From the NCBI GenBank assembly GCA_976226885.1, contig OZ320314.1, positions 71,362,001-71,426,000 on the forward strand: a DNA stretch of 64,000 nt. Direction: 5' to 3'. This document shows positions 51,968-64,000 of this stretch, one piece after another (the stretch's first letter is position 1; each line of letters begins with the position of its first letter). Source of the DNA: Iphione sp. A-MEVVRFRX5. Lineage: Eukaryota. Position numbers and translations under genes: made by a program. The notes under the pieces were generated by a model. That model was not told where the DNA came from and ran no database searches. It saw only the letters and a program-made list of their open reading frames with translations.

Positions 51968-54950
51968 ATGGGAAAATACAGAAAGAAATGTGTGAACCAC
52001 CCTCCACCTGTAGGCAAAAACTGCAAGGACGGTGCGGAGAAGATTTCGAGTGAGGGAAAGGGAAAATCTGGTGATTCAAGTGATTTAAAGGACTTTGACG
52101 CCAGATATGGAAAAGCTCAAGAAGGAAGGGGAAAGCAGTTGTCAAGGAAGTGGCAGTTTGTCGGACTCGGACGAGGAGAGAAGAGAGGAGATGAAGAGGA
52201 GGAAGAGGAAGTCAAAGAGGAAAGACGGTAAGTGGTTGAGATTTGATATCGTACTTAACGCACATGACGATGACATCAGGGCCTTTGAACAGTTGATGGT
52301 GGGTTCTTATAGGGTTGATTACGAAGTTGGTATCCAAAGGAAAGGATGTCATGCCATATTTTGATCAACTGTCGCTACTGTCTACAAAGGCTGCCACAAG
52401 GGTATACAGTGCCAAATCGTTGATCAGTTTACTATGCCGAGATGCGTCGAAAGGCCAGCCAAAAAGGACCTTCCTGCGTCTGCTATGGGGACATGGAGAT
52501 CGTCCATAAGTATATGGGTGTAGACGTCACAAGGGAGGTCGCCAGGACGAAAGCGGGGAGGAAGTCGACACGTGCAGACAAAATATGCTACAAGTATAAA
52601 TCAGGGGAATGCTCAGGCAGCTCCAGTGTTTATAGAAGGAAACTGTCTTAAAGGAATAAGCTCCAGCCTTTGATATGTACGAGGAAGACAGAAAACTCAG
52701 TGGTGTTATTGACGTTGGTATCGTTGGAAGCCAGTTGCTAAGGTAAGCCAGTTGCTAAGGTACACGTGAAGCTATAAACAACTCCGCCTTAATTGATTTC
52801 TATCGTGAAATTGATGACTTAAATGATGTGTCTTGTATTGTCAGCCTGTGTACTCCTAGAAAGGGTGATGGTATTTCACATTTACCCTGCTTGTGTTTTG
52901 AACTTGCGTGATTGCGACCATAAAAGAGGCGGCGTGACATGTAAACTAAAGCCATGCCGTTAGGTCTGGCTGTTATGTAAGTGTAGCCTAAGTAAAGAGG
53001 AAGTTGCCCTGTTGTGGTTTGGCATCACTGAAGGCTTTAAGGTAGTGGATGACTCATGCAATACAAGTTATTGGTGTGACAATCAAAATTCCATATTAAT
53101 TCCAGTCGTTGTAGATAAGATGTCAGCCAAAATTAAGGAGGAGCTCGAGGATGGCATCGTGAGCAGATGTGAAGTAAAGCCCAGATGTATCACTGCTCTG
53201 GGGGGGGGGGGGTAGTAAGGATGATGGGTCACTCTGGCCCATCACAGACTGTTCCATGCCCAGGAGAGTTGGCATAAGCAATTTCATAGAGAGTACACAT
53301 AAGAAATTCACCTACAATTCAGTGGATGAGGTAGGATATGCAGTCACAGGTGATGAATATGGGCTGATGGCTGTGGTTCACCTTAAAAGCCCGTACTGGA
53401 GTGTTCAGGTGTTTAGTGGGCATAGAGAGTTTCAGGGATTCGCCAGGGGTCTTGGCAAAGGAAAGGAGTACATTTTATGTAACACCCTCTGTTTCGATTT
53501 AAAGTGTGTGCCTTATAATTTTCCGGTGTAAGACAGGAGTTCGAACAATGTTGCAGTGGCCTGTGTGTGAACTACCTTAGCGACTTTATTGATGTGGGGT
53601 CTGATTTTGATGAATGTCTGTACTTCAGGGAGGTGATAATTGATGTGATCATGAGTGTTGGGTTCGAAGTGGCAATGAAAAAATTAATAGTCCTAGTAGG
53701 TGTTGCACATTCTTAAACACTGAAGTGGATTCGCAAAGCATGAAGTTGAGGCTGCCTATAGCAAAGGTCTCTGAGGTGAGATGCAGGATCACTGAAACTG
53801 GCGACGTGTTTGCTGTCATCACAACTGAGTCTTTGGTGCAGATGTTTGGTGGCCACAGTGGCAATGATTGGTTCGTTGGGAAATGGCAAGATGTAGACTT
53901 CTGGTCCACCCATAGGCTTATCGATCATATATGATCGATAAGCTTCTACTCAGATGTAATATGAGTAATATTTGATGGATTAATTTGATTTTTTTCATAA
54001 AATAAGGTGATATGGTATGTTGTCCATTGCCACTTAAAGGTTAACTAATGTACACTAGGTTACCATGGAAAAGAGGTCACATGACCTGTAAGAACATGAA
54101 AAGTCAGCATATTCACCTATATTGATTAACATATTAATACAATTATGTCTTAAAATGTGAAATAACAGATACATTTTTATCAAATTATCAAATATTCCTG
54201 TGAAACACTAGAGTGGTTATCCCTATAGCTTATCAAAAGTTTTTAATAAATCATTAGTGGGAACAATGCTAAAGGTTCAACTTATGATAGCCTATAAACT
54301 TCCTTATTAAGACAAAATTATAGGTAATTATTACATAATATTTTTTAATTATTAGATGCAGCTTTTATGTAATAAAGAGACTTTTTTGCTAATTTCTTCC
54401 ATGAAAATGATGATGAAATTCACAGTTTGTTTTGTTTGGCTCATATTTCACTAATGCTCTTTACTTGATCGTGGTTATGTCTATTTTTAATATATCCCAT
54501 GATGCATCAGTGATGCTGATGCATTGGGTGATGCACTATTTTGGCATGAAACATGTATATTTACAGGATATGATTAAGTGTGTTCCAGATCACATACTGA
54601 GACAATTTAGGTATCAAAACACAGGAAATCACCTCCTGAAATTCTCTGGTAGCCTGGGTTCAAATTCGTTTGTTCCTCACCTATTTAGCGAGGACCTTGT
54701 GTTATAGTTCAATTCGTAATTACCTCTCAGCTGTGGAGTATTGTTCGAAGCAGCGTGGGTTGCCACTCAATCTAGAGGGTAACTTTTGTGTAAGCGAGTT
54801 CTTGAAGGGCATCAAATGATCCAGGAGTGCTTATGCCCTCTATGTGAAAGATTTGTTGTCGTTGTCTAGATGTTTTAAGCTAAAATTGAATTGCGACCTG
54901 ATGATTTGGCTTGCTATGTTATTAGCCTACAGATGCCTCCTACGTAAGGA
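51968..54950 (+). mobile_element. Decayed Ngaro/DIRS-like YR retrotransposon, copy 2 (gag-like, RT, RNase H, YR)
   Basis: MGKYRKKCVNHPPPVGKNC; FEQLMVGS; CYGD; ICYKYKSGEC. RT: GFKVVD..EELEDG..PITDCSMP..QGF, VNYLSDF. RNase H: NDWFVGKW. YR N-terminal part at 54670-54950: YLARTLCYSSIRNYLSAV..LKGIK*..WLAMLLAYRCLLRK. An AT-rich interruption lies at about 53950-54650. Confidence 0.85.
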
Positions 54951-55574
54951 GACGTTTACTGCGATCCGCTAGCGGCAGCACCAGATTTGAAGATTACCCT
55001 CCATCTGGACTCCTGAAGAAAGAATGTTCAGACTATCTGGGAGTTCTGTTCGTTGTCCTTGAAGAACAGAACTGTTGCATCCTTCCTTCATTATGTGTCG
55101 TGTACGTCGTGTAGGCACCTCCGCTTCCTATACAAGCAAGGGGAGGGAATAATGCATAAAATGGTTATGTACTACATGATTACTTGGTAATGATAGTACA
55201 TGGGTGGGCACCTAATACGCCCCCAAGCTACGAGGACGACTCCCTAGAGTCCGCATCATTCTTCGCTGGAAGCTCAGGTAATTGCTTAACTCTAGCTCGT
55301 CGCCTCTCCGCTAGGAGGCGAATTAGGTGGTATCTTTAGGAAATTCAGGTGTACAAATACTCCCTTTTTTACACGATATCATATATAATACAATATTCTG
55401 CTTATTTATAAATTCACTCTTCTGTGTTGATCTTTTAAGTCAAACATCTGGAAAGGACATAAGAGGAAAGACAGCAGCACCAACATATGTTTATGTCTAT
55501 TGAGTTGAGACCATGTTTGTATCTCCAGAGTCGAGAGGAATATGGATAACATGAGCAGACGCACACACTGTCTA

Positions 55575-55706
55575 CGGGTTTAGCAATGAAATTGAGGTTT
55601 GGGGTGAAGGTTTAGATATGATTCCCTGAGGGCTGGGACGATAGTCCCAGCCCGAGGGGAGAGTGTCTAAACCAAGCCCCAAACCTAAATGGAGTCGTTA
55701 AACTCG
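55575..55706. repeat. About 130-bp imperfect palindrome just 3' of the Crypton ORF
   Basis: AGGTTTGGGGTGAAGGTTTAGATA pairs with TGTCTAAACCAAGCCCCAAACCT. Core CCCTGAGGGCTGGGAC-GATA-GTCCCAGCCCGAGGGG. Confidence 0.8.
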
Positions 55707-56067
55707 GTTCTGATATGATCTTATTCTATATTTGAGCATTAGAAGCACAAATTTCACCATTATTAACTTTATTTTGAACGATATTTGTCCAAGAAAAAAG
55801 CAAGTCGGCAACATACGTGCAGCGGGTGCCATTTTGGATTTTTATTTGGGTCACATAATAAGACGCATAATCCTATTGGTTGACATTCCAGCGAGACTCT
55901 TTAAAGGCTGTCAGCAGTTAACTAATGGGAAACATGAAACAGTCAACATGAAATAACCATCTTGGATTAAAGTTCATTTAAATTTGGGAAAAATCACTTG
56001 AAAAAAATGCATTCTCGTCCACTTCCAGTGTTACATCACGGGATTTGGGCCACTTACAGCTGCACTA

Positions 56068-57904
56068 TCACTGAGTGAGGAAGTCCGTCAGTCCGTTTCT
56101 TAATTTTCCGTAGGTGATATTGATAGTGCAATTATTCAGCATTGTGTTCCCCGAGAAGAGGGAATGAAGAATCTTTTCCTCCTGAACCTTTACTGCTGTG
56201 TTTGAGACATATTGACTAAGTGGCAGGTCGGTGTCATCAATTTTCGCCTCCTCCTTCGCTACGGACAACGCAGTTTTGACGCTCGCCACCGGGTCACTCT
56301 CATCAATGGCCGATGCTCCCTCAGCCGCAGATGGTGCCTTTCCATAGGTTGACAGCACATTCGACATAACCCTTTTAACCTTCTTGGAGGGTCCCCCTAG
56401 GTAATGTTTCAGGGAGTCTGCACATTTGTGGCCTGTCACAGACTGGATCTTCTGCACACTGTATCCTGCTGCATCGAGGGTGGTAACGCATGTATGTCTG
56501 ATCGAGTGGTTGGTGTATATATGGCTCAGACCACCCTCTTTCCTCATGTTCGACATCATAGCGAAAAGTGTATTAACGCCCAGTGGGGCTTGTCATACCA
56601 CACCGTCGCATTTTTGGAGAACTGCCTTTTGGGTCGCTGGAAGAAAGCCTCGCATCCATTATTCAGCAATGCCACGTACCGTTTGAACGACATCACTGGG
56701 CACCTTTTCAAGTCGTCAGGTAACCCATACATAGTTTTCTCAACATCTTCCTCGTCCCTGTTTAATCCGCTCCTTGTTTTTTCAGCTTCGTTGAAACTCA
56801 TTGTTATGTATTCATTACCACCTGCATCTTTGGCCACTATGAGTCTTTTTTCAGGTAGTGCAGCCCTTCTCGTCCTCTCTGCCCAAAATGAAATAATATG
56901 TCATAGAACACCTTTCGCTGTAATCCTATTGGAGTGTCAGTGAAAACATGCTCATACAGCAGGTTTATATCTTCGGGCTCGATCACGGGTTTGTGCGAGC
57001 TGACATCTTTTCCACTGGTTCGGATTTTGGCAATATACCCATTATATGCTGGGTTTGCTTGACGAAACTTGCTGTCTTGTAGGACATTCATATTCCGTGA
57101 GTGGGGTGGTGCGGTTAGGTGCCTCTGAATTCCGCAACGAATGTTCTTGTAAGCACTCTTAGAGTACATTTCGAATGAGCGTGTACAGACCCCTGTATAA
57201 AATTTTTCCAAACGCACAGCTAGATCTTCGGCTGGCAGCGACTTGAACTTCGCGTCATATCACACGGTCTGTAGCCATTCTGAAAAATATAAATGAAAAA
57301 TCACTTAAGTGTGCATCCAGTTGGTTCCTAGCCCCACCCCTATCAGCCCCGTTCAAAACCAATACGTACCTCTGAATATTATTGCTGCCCAGCTTGTTTG
57401 GTCCACAGTAGCTTTACGGTCAACCTCCTGCTTCATGCTATCAACTTCCTCCTGGTCTGGCATGTAAAACCTTCCCGATTGAACCCCAGGAGGAACATTT
57501 TCAATGTTTTTGTCGGGCATCTCGTCTCCGCCATCATCGACACTCAGGCCTAGATCGAAATTCGCCTGCGCCTCATGCACTAATTCGCTAGCCTTTGCTG
57601 TATGTTTTTGTTTGCTCAGCAAGTCTTCAACATCGTACAACAGGTGATCACAACCTCTAGGCCTGTAAATATTAGTTATTTTTACATGGCACCCATTCAA
57701 GCTGCAGAAATCACCTCTCCTGAAGCCATCCATGATGCCCAACGCTGATATTGTTGCTAGGTTCCAGCTTGGTGCCATGTCAAAGGTCAGCACCCCTTTC
57801 CAGTTCCATTTTGGCCAATAACTGCCATTTTTACAAATATCTGGACCGTGATTAGTTCCGGGTTTAAATACGTTTCTTAGACATTGAAAGAATATGGCCG
57901 TCAC
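56068..57904 (-). mobile_element. Crypton-type tyrosine-recombinase DNA transposon, lightly decayed, with a spliceosomal intron
   Basis: RFYMPDQEEV..TSWAAIIFR, then a GT-AG intron 57369-57280, then EWLQTV*..LEKFY..YSKSAYKNIRCGIQRHL..VFYDILFHFGQRGREG (catalytic R)..CPVMSFKRY..FFQRP..PLGVNTL..YTNHSIR (HxxR)..TGHK (H)..LKHY (Y). One in-frame stop and two frameshifts (about 56840 and 56585). Confidence 0.88.
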
Positions 57905-58968
57905 GATGGATCATATTAGAACATACACTCATAAGGTAGCACATGAGAAGGGCCTACATGCATGCGTAGGCACACTTTGAGAGATATAGATACTGGTGCG
58001 CTTCCCATACATGTCAGTACATCTTCAACACATTGCCCCCGTGCTTGCACCCTCTCCTCCAGCCCAGCGGTTCCTCGTTATGAGCAGCAAGGCGCACACA
58101 TACCACACCTGGTTCCAGCGCAGCCTGCTCTTAGCATAGGCCGGCGAGGGCGGCCAGGTCTTGAGGTGCCGCTCGTGCCCCTATCATCATCATCACCACC
58201 ACCAGAGGAACTGACACAGGCGGCGTCGCTAGGCAGAGGAAAGTGAGGTACATGAGGAAGGGGTGTTGTAGATAGGGAAGGTAGCAACCGCAGAATGGCG
58301 CATGCGTAGATAGAAATTTAGATGACTAAAATTGATCTACAAGGGACTGTTTTCCGTCTGAAGATGTTACACATTTGGCAGACCGAATATAATTATTTAT
58401 GATTTACTGTGAACATACAAGAATAGTATGTAGCGACACAAGACTGCTTACAGAGGTACCAGAGAGGTACCGGAGACTGCGATGCACACAACCTATTTAT
58501 TACCTAAAACTGCGTGCAGGTTCTTCGTATTTATTTTTACCCAGACCTGCAAGTAAACAAACCGCCGAACTACGCAATACAGTACCCCAAGCAAAATATA
58601 AGATAATATACGGATATTCGGCAGTCAATATGTAACCCTCCTTTTTGTATGTCCGTTCGTTAGTAAAGGAAGGCCATGTGCTGCTGCATGCAATACCCGT
58701 AGCTATTTCCCACCTTTATCTACATATGAGCATATATGAAAGTGAAATTGATAATAGGCCAGTACGACTTCATCTTTATTCTTGAGGCATTTTTTCACGT
58801 TGAGGTAGCCTGTGGAGGGACATGGGGGTTTAGTGCTGCTCTTCTGTCCATATACATGTAATTTTCTTTAATTTAAAAGTTTTATCGGTGTATATCTTAG
58901 GAGATATTAGTGTTGGAACCTTGAATTTTGACATGCACATTATGTTCTTAAGGGATAGGGACTCATAA

Positions 58969-59301
58969 GGCCTAGAAAAAAGTGTCTTTGTTTCCAGTAA
59001 TCCGACTGCAACTACATTGAAGCCACTGGCATCTTTTGATTTTTTTTACTGTTTTGTGTATAACTTCAGAATGAATCATGGTAGAGACATATGCAATATA
59101 CCATTTTGTTGCTTACATTATTAGCTTTCATTTAATATACGTTTCATGAAGATCTAAGCATTATAGCATATGATACCATGTTCATTTGTTTCTTTAAGTA
59201 AGATGTAACAGAAAAAAAAGAAGAATAAAAAAATATACCACCGGCCTACCGACCCTGCATTTTTCTAGCATGTTACCAGAAACACAAAACTTTTTTAGGC
59301 C
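58969..59301. mobile_element. PIF/Harbinger-type MITE
   Basis: TAA|GGCCTAGAAAAAAGTGTCTTTGTTTCCAGTAA at the left end; the right end reads GGCCTAAAAAAGTTTTGTGTTTCTGGTAA in reverse complement. TAA on both sides (58966-58968, 59302-59304). Confidence 0.7.
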
Positions 59302-62300
59302 TAAGCATGAAGGATTTAATGAATACAACAGAAGATATGTTTGGCCCTTGTGCTTCGTCTTTTCGTAGCCTAGTGGAATGTGACATGTTTGTTGCATATC
59401 ATAAGCTCTAGGCATCGGAGTCATTATGGTAAATTGGTTTGGCCCTAAACGATCTTAAATCATTTTTCTCCCCAAATTGACATTTGGACAATACTCTCAT
59501 ACTGGCTTCGGTCATATCTATGCCAAACGGCACAGTGATTTAGTCAGCAAAAAATACATACAACAAGAAACTCGTTAAGTGAAGGTAGGATAAAACAAAG
59601 AGACTGCTCCAATCGAAGCGATACAGCTCTAGGGTGGACATAGTCCACCAAGGCCATGCAACCTGTTTTCATTGAGTGTTCCCGTGAAAAATCGAGGGAA
59701 ATAGGGTTCCATCTAAGCATCTTCTTTGGCCCTCTATACCTTGCCTCTTTCGTCTTTCTTTTATATTCGATTTTATTACATCTTTTTCATTCATCCCTCC
59801 CTACCTTCTTCCCTCTCTCCTGAATTCAGCTTCTTCCATTATACCTTACTCACTCTCCCTCCCCACTCGTTCCCATTCCTAGCCACTCTCTGTTGGTCAT
59901 TCTCCTTTAAACCTTTCTTAGGTCATTCCAATTCTTACATTTTCTCCTCGTTTCCTCACTATATCTCCTTCAAAATCTGTCTTCTTTCGGACCTTGGTAA
60001 ATCAAACGATCATTTTCTACACTTTATTGTTTTTTCAACACCCAATTTTTGAAACCATGTTTAGCCAACTAACTTCTTTTTCTTTCTTTTAGAGGTCCCA
60101 AAGGCGGTACACTAATCCATGCATTATCCGTTATGAATGGGGATGCTTCAGCATAATTTTGTTAAACTAAAACACATTTCACTATGCAAGTTTACTTGTC
60201 TTAGTGTTAAGTTCCATGTACCCATCAATAACACACTGCGCTTGGTAGTGTTTTCAAATACATGTACTTGTCTCCAGTTTGGACAGAGATAGATATAGAC
60301 GAGTTGGAGATCAAAGGACGTCATGAATTACTTGCACAGGAAAGCCGCTGATTGCTAGGGCGAGGTCTTTCAGAGCCAGCCACCGGATGCATTGCCGCCC
60401 GCTAGCTTACTCTGCTTGGAAATGAGGAATGGGAGAGCTCTGTTGAGGTAAGTTCCTAAGCTACAGAGCCTCGAAATAGCCGCCTTCGCCATGCATTGCA
60501 CCAAATGAAGGAGGGGGCGGAGGCACCTCCTCACAGTAGGGAATGGATTTTGGTTGGGGGGGGGAGGAGTTCGGGCGAAGCTCCGACTCGACGGAACATT
60601 TGCTGCTGCTCAGCAGCTTCCCACCTACTTACCATGGACTGTGCTCTAGTCGGTGAGCTACTCAGTGCTAAGTATTTACCTTCGTCCCTCTGTAACGCAG
60701 AGAAGTGCTTTCTAATGAAGGGAAGTACGGGAGCCTCTAAGAGGGTTCATCTGTCTTGTTATCGTTCATGATAGCCGTGCCGTGGCAATGTAGATATCGT
60801 TATGTGGATGTCCTCACCTGCGTCGTAGGCAATGCCATCAAGGTAGGATTTCCACTCTGCTTTAGATCTCAGGTGAACAGTACACTTCGCCACAGGCTAC
60901 ACTGCCAAAAGGTGCCCTGCTCAGAGCCTATATCATGCAGGCCTATATTGTGTCAGCAGACATAAACATGTGACATTTTGGGACGAGAGGGAGTTGCACG
61001 CACTTAGTGATTGTTTACCGGTCATATGCTGCAGCTGGATGCGAATATGATGGCTTGCTCTGTGCTAGTGGCCACGGTTTTAAGCAAGGTGCCTTGCCCC
61101 GAGTGTTGCCTGCGGAGGTGTTTTGTTTACCAGGGTACCGCTGGAGCCTGCACGTAGTATCTTTTGGTCCTATCGCGGTCATCTGTCTGTAACATTAAAA
61201 CAAACCAGTGAGATAAGAACTGCCCAGCTCGACATATAAAAGTGCTCGTGTGGCGGCAGATTGTACAAACTGATGCTGCTACTACGCTATACCTGTCTCG
61301 GATACAAATTGTCGATGTGGCAGCATAGAACGGAAGATGGAAATCATAGAGTTGTCCCTAAAAGTACCCGGTAGATAATTTTCAACACACTATGCACGAT
61401 ATAGATGTACGTGTGCATATATGTAAGACCCATTCAACAATTTCACATTCTGCAAAATTTGAAACTCATTATTGAAATTTGTCCTAATTTTAAAAATGGA
61501 CCTTTCTCTGTCAGTTCAAGCGCATTACCTTATTATTAAAATAGCAGAAACGAGGCACGTATTCAAACGCATATATAGTTTACAATTGCATGTGTGGAGA
61601 GCTTACAGGGTAAGGTATTTTACCCTGTGATGAGTGAGTCAAGAATTATGACGTTTGTATGCAAACATTTAAATTTTTCTCCTTCTCACCGGTCAAAGTA
61701 AATGGTCTCCAAAATAAAGACATGCACCGGACGTCCGGATATTTGGCTAATGTTTTTTTATAGTTACAAAGACAGACAAAATGGAACAAGCTGTCACCTT
61801 ACGATTCCATCGTAGTAGCTTCACACAGACATTCACATGTATATGGAAGAAATTATACATTATTGTTTTCAGGCTACCATACGTCAACAATTTCCTATAC
61901 ACGAAGCACAAAGTCTTCATCTGAAAACGTTCATTTTTCTAGGAACAGTCCTACAAAAACAGACAATCCCTCTTTCTCATGAACATAACAATGAAACTGA
62001 CCTCTCATTATTGATCCCTATCAGAGTAACGCCTCCGTTCATGAAACTAAACTCTCCAGGATGCAATATACTAAATATACACACGCATGCATATCATATA
62101 AATCCTGGTCAGGATCAAAGAAACTATCGCCCCACAAGTATAGTCGTCATCATTTAATGTACCACTTGAGACCATCTTCTTTACCATTTTTAAAGCTGTT
62201 TTGAAGTGCGACCAGTTCGGAAAAAGCAAAGAGATAACAATTTGTGTCGCTACGAATCATCCAAAGGCCCTTTTTACAGCAAAATATAAAGAAAAATAAC

Positions 62301-62308
62301 CATGGCAG

Positions 62309-62741
62309 TGTTAGGTTAATGAGGCTATAAGGTCAACCTCTAGTCCTTGGCTAGGGGGGTTTCCCCTTTAGCTCAGATGGTTAGGTGTTGGCTTCTCATG
62401 CCAAAGGTCTGGGGTTCAATTCCCCACTGGTGCTAGCTCCCTAAGACTGGAAAAGTCTTCATAAACTAAAACTGGTGGAGAACCTGGGTAATGATCCCAA
62501 TATATGAAAAATGCCAAGCAAAGTGCATATATATGGTAAAAGCATGAGTGGTACATGCCAATTCAACTGTGTAAGGGAGAGTGTTAAGTTAATGAGGCCA
62601 TAAGGTCAACCTCTAGTCCTTGGCTAGAGGGGTTTCCCCTTTAGCTCAGATGGTTAGGTGTTGGCCTCTTATGCCAAAGGTCTGGGGTTCAATTCCCCAC
62701 TGGTGCTAGCTCCCTAAGACAGGAAAAGTGTTATTAAAACT
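62309..62741 (+). mobile_element. TRIM (mini LTR retrotransposon) with a tRNA-derived module in each LTR
   Basis: LTR1 62309-62472 and LTR2 62582-62740 (TGTTA...TAAAAC, about 7 substitutions plus a small indel). PBS-like TGGTGGAGAACCTGGG 62473-62488. Polypurine tract AAGGGAGAG 62573-62581. tRNA-like 62362-62433 and 62635-62706 with A box TAGCTCAGATGG and B box GGTTCAATTCC. Confidence 0.75.
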
Positions 62742-64000
62742 GTGCTTTACTCTACTGGATTACCCAGAAAGAAATGGTGATGAAAATATAATATGCTCAG
62801 AAAGACGGAATATCCGATCAAATGCATATAAATATTTATTCTTCTTAATACAATGTAACTTTATATGAGATTATGTAATGTAAATTTGTATACGGCCATA
62901 TTACACCGTTTTAATTTCAAGAAAGACACCACATACTTGGAACTTGTTGATTTTGTGCCCACACTTTTCTTGCAGCTAAAAGCCACACAATAATGGAAAG
63001 GGATATGTATTTCATTTTCAGACATGCATCAGCAAGATGAGCTGTTGTATTCTTTTTACCGAGATATATTTACTGGCTGTAAACTGCCCTGAGGCAGAAC
63101 TACTGGTAGTAAAGGGGTGTCTCTGGGCTCGGTTCTACGGCACCACTGAGCATTCTATTTTCAGTGGAGAAGGTTTAATTTTGGGCAGGTTATTTCCAAT
63201 ATGATTACGTGAGCAGTTCAAAATCCTCGCTGACAAATTGTCACGTTTTGTTGACTTCTCCTAACGTATACACGTACACACCATTGTTGACTTTTTAACG
63301 AACAAGACAGGTTGTGCGCCTGAGTACAATATTCTGACCAGTAGCATACTGCTCCTCGCCACTACCTGGCTACCTCCACCTGAGGTTTACACATATCAGA
63401 CCCTTCTGTCTAGGCACCGTCGGTAAATCACAGTATACCATGGCAGTTAAAAGGGGAGGCGGAACGTGTATGAAACGGTAAATACTTGCACTTCCGCCGC
63501 GATACTCGTTTACGTACTCCCAGTGGAGACATGTGGGACCTGGTTAAGACTTGCGTAGCAGTTCGAGTTCACCACCTGCGAGGTGCTTGACATGGAACTC
63601 CTGCTGTCCTCATGTACGGAAGTGATGACACGGTCAGCGGGGGCCTGATTGTCAGGGAGAAGGGCCAAGGGCGTTGAGAGTTGGGCAGGGCCTTTGGGCG
63701 GATGCAGAACATACAGTGAGGTCTGGTGACCTTTCCCTAAGTTAATACCATGTCTGCAGGTCGTCCTTATTTCAATTTCTCATCTGAAATCACCGAGTTG
63801 TGGCAGTGGATTGTTGAGCTTTACGTGCAATAACCCGGATGGGTAAGCACCAAGGATGGTGCATTAAATGTGTGCGGTAGACATATCTAAAAGCTCTCAC
63901 TTATTTAATCATGAAGTACATTTGCTTACCGAGACTTTCTTCATAACAGAGGAAACGCCCAACAACAGTAATGGCCATGATGAGAGTAGCGGTCGCCGGT

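Noticed and set aside
60300-61200. Third Ngaro YR remnant on the minus strand
   Set aside because: Only faint echoes (HCLRRR, LPLVP, RYL) spread over different frames; insufficient without a profile search.
62362-62706. Two functional tRNA genes (Glu/Lys-like anticodons)
   Set aside because: The acceptor stem does not pair and the D arm has a shared deletion. Both lie inside direct repeats better explained as LTRs.

Overview
Eukaryotic, AT-rich, intron-rich marine-invertebrate-type DNA (taxon not determinable from sequence alone). It holds two convergent spliced genes. (1) PLAA/Doa1 on the + strand: 10 coding exons found, 10173-16071; its first exons are not visible in the window. (2) A secreted astacin metalloprotease on the - strand: 15 exons, 37885-24136, about 684 aa, architecture signal peptide-astacin-EGF-CUB-EGF-MAM-TILa/VWC-like. 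The rest is transposon debris dominated by tyrosine-recombinase (YR) elements: two intron-containing Crypton-type remnants (19.8-22.1 kb, 56.1-57.9 kb), two tandem Ngaro/DIRS-like retrotransposon remnants (48.6-51.1 kb, 52.0-55.0 kb) and three 90-130 bp palindromes. There are also several MITEs, microsatellites and two N-runs. The most striking item is a 433-bp mini LTR retroelement (LTR-PBS-PPT-LTR, 62309-62741) whose LTRs each carry a tRNA-derived Pol III promoter module. All calls come from manual translation, splice-phase checking and motif recognition; no database search was run.
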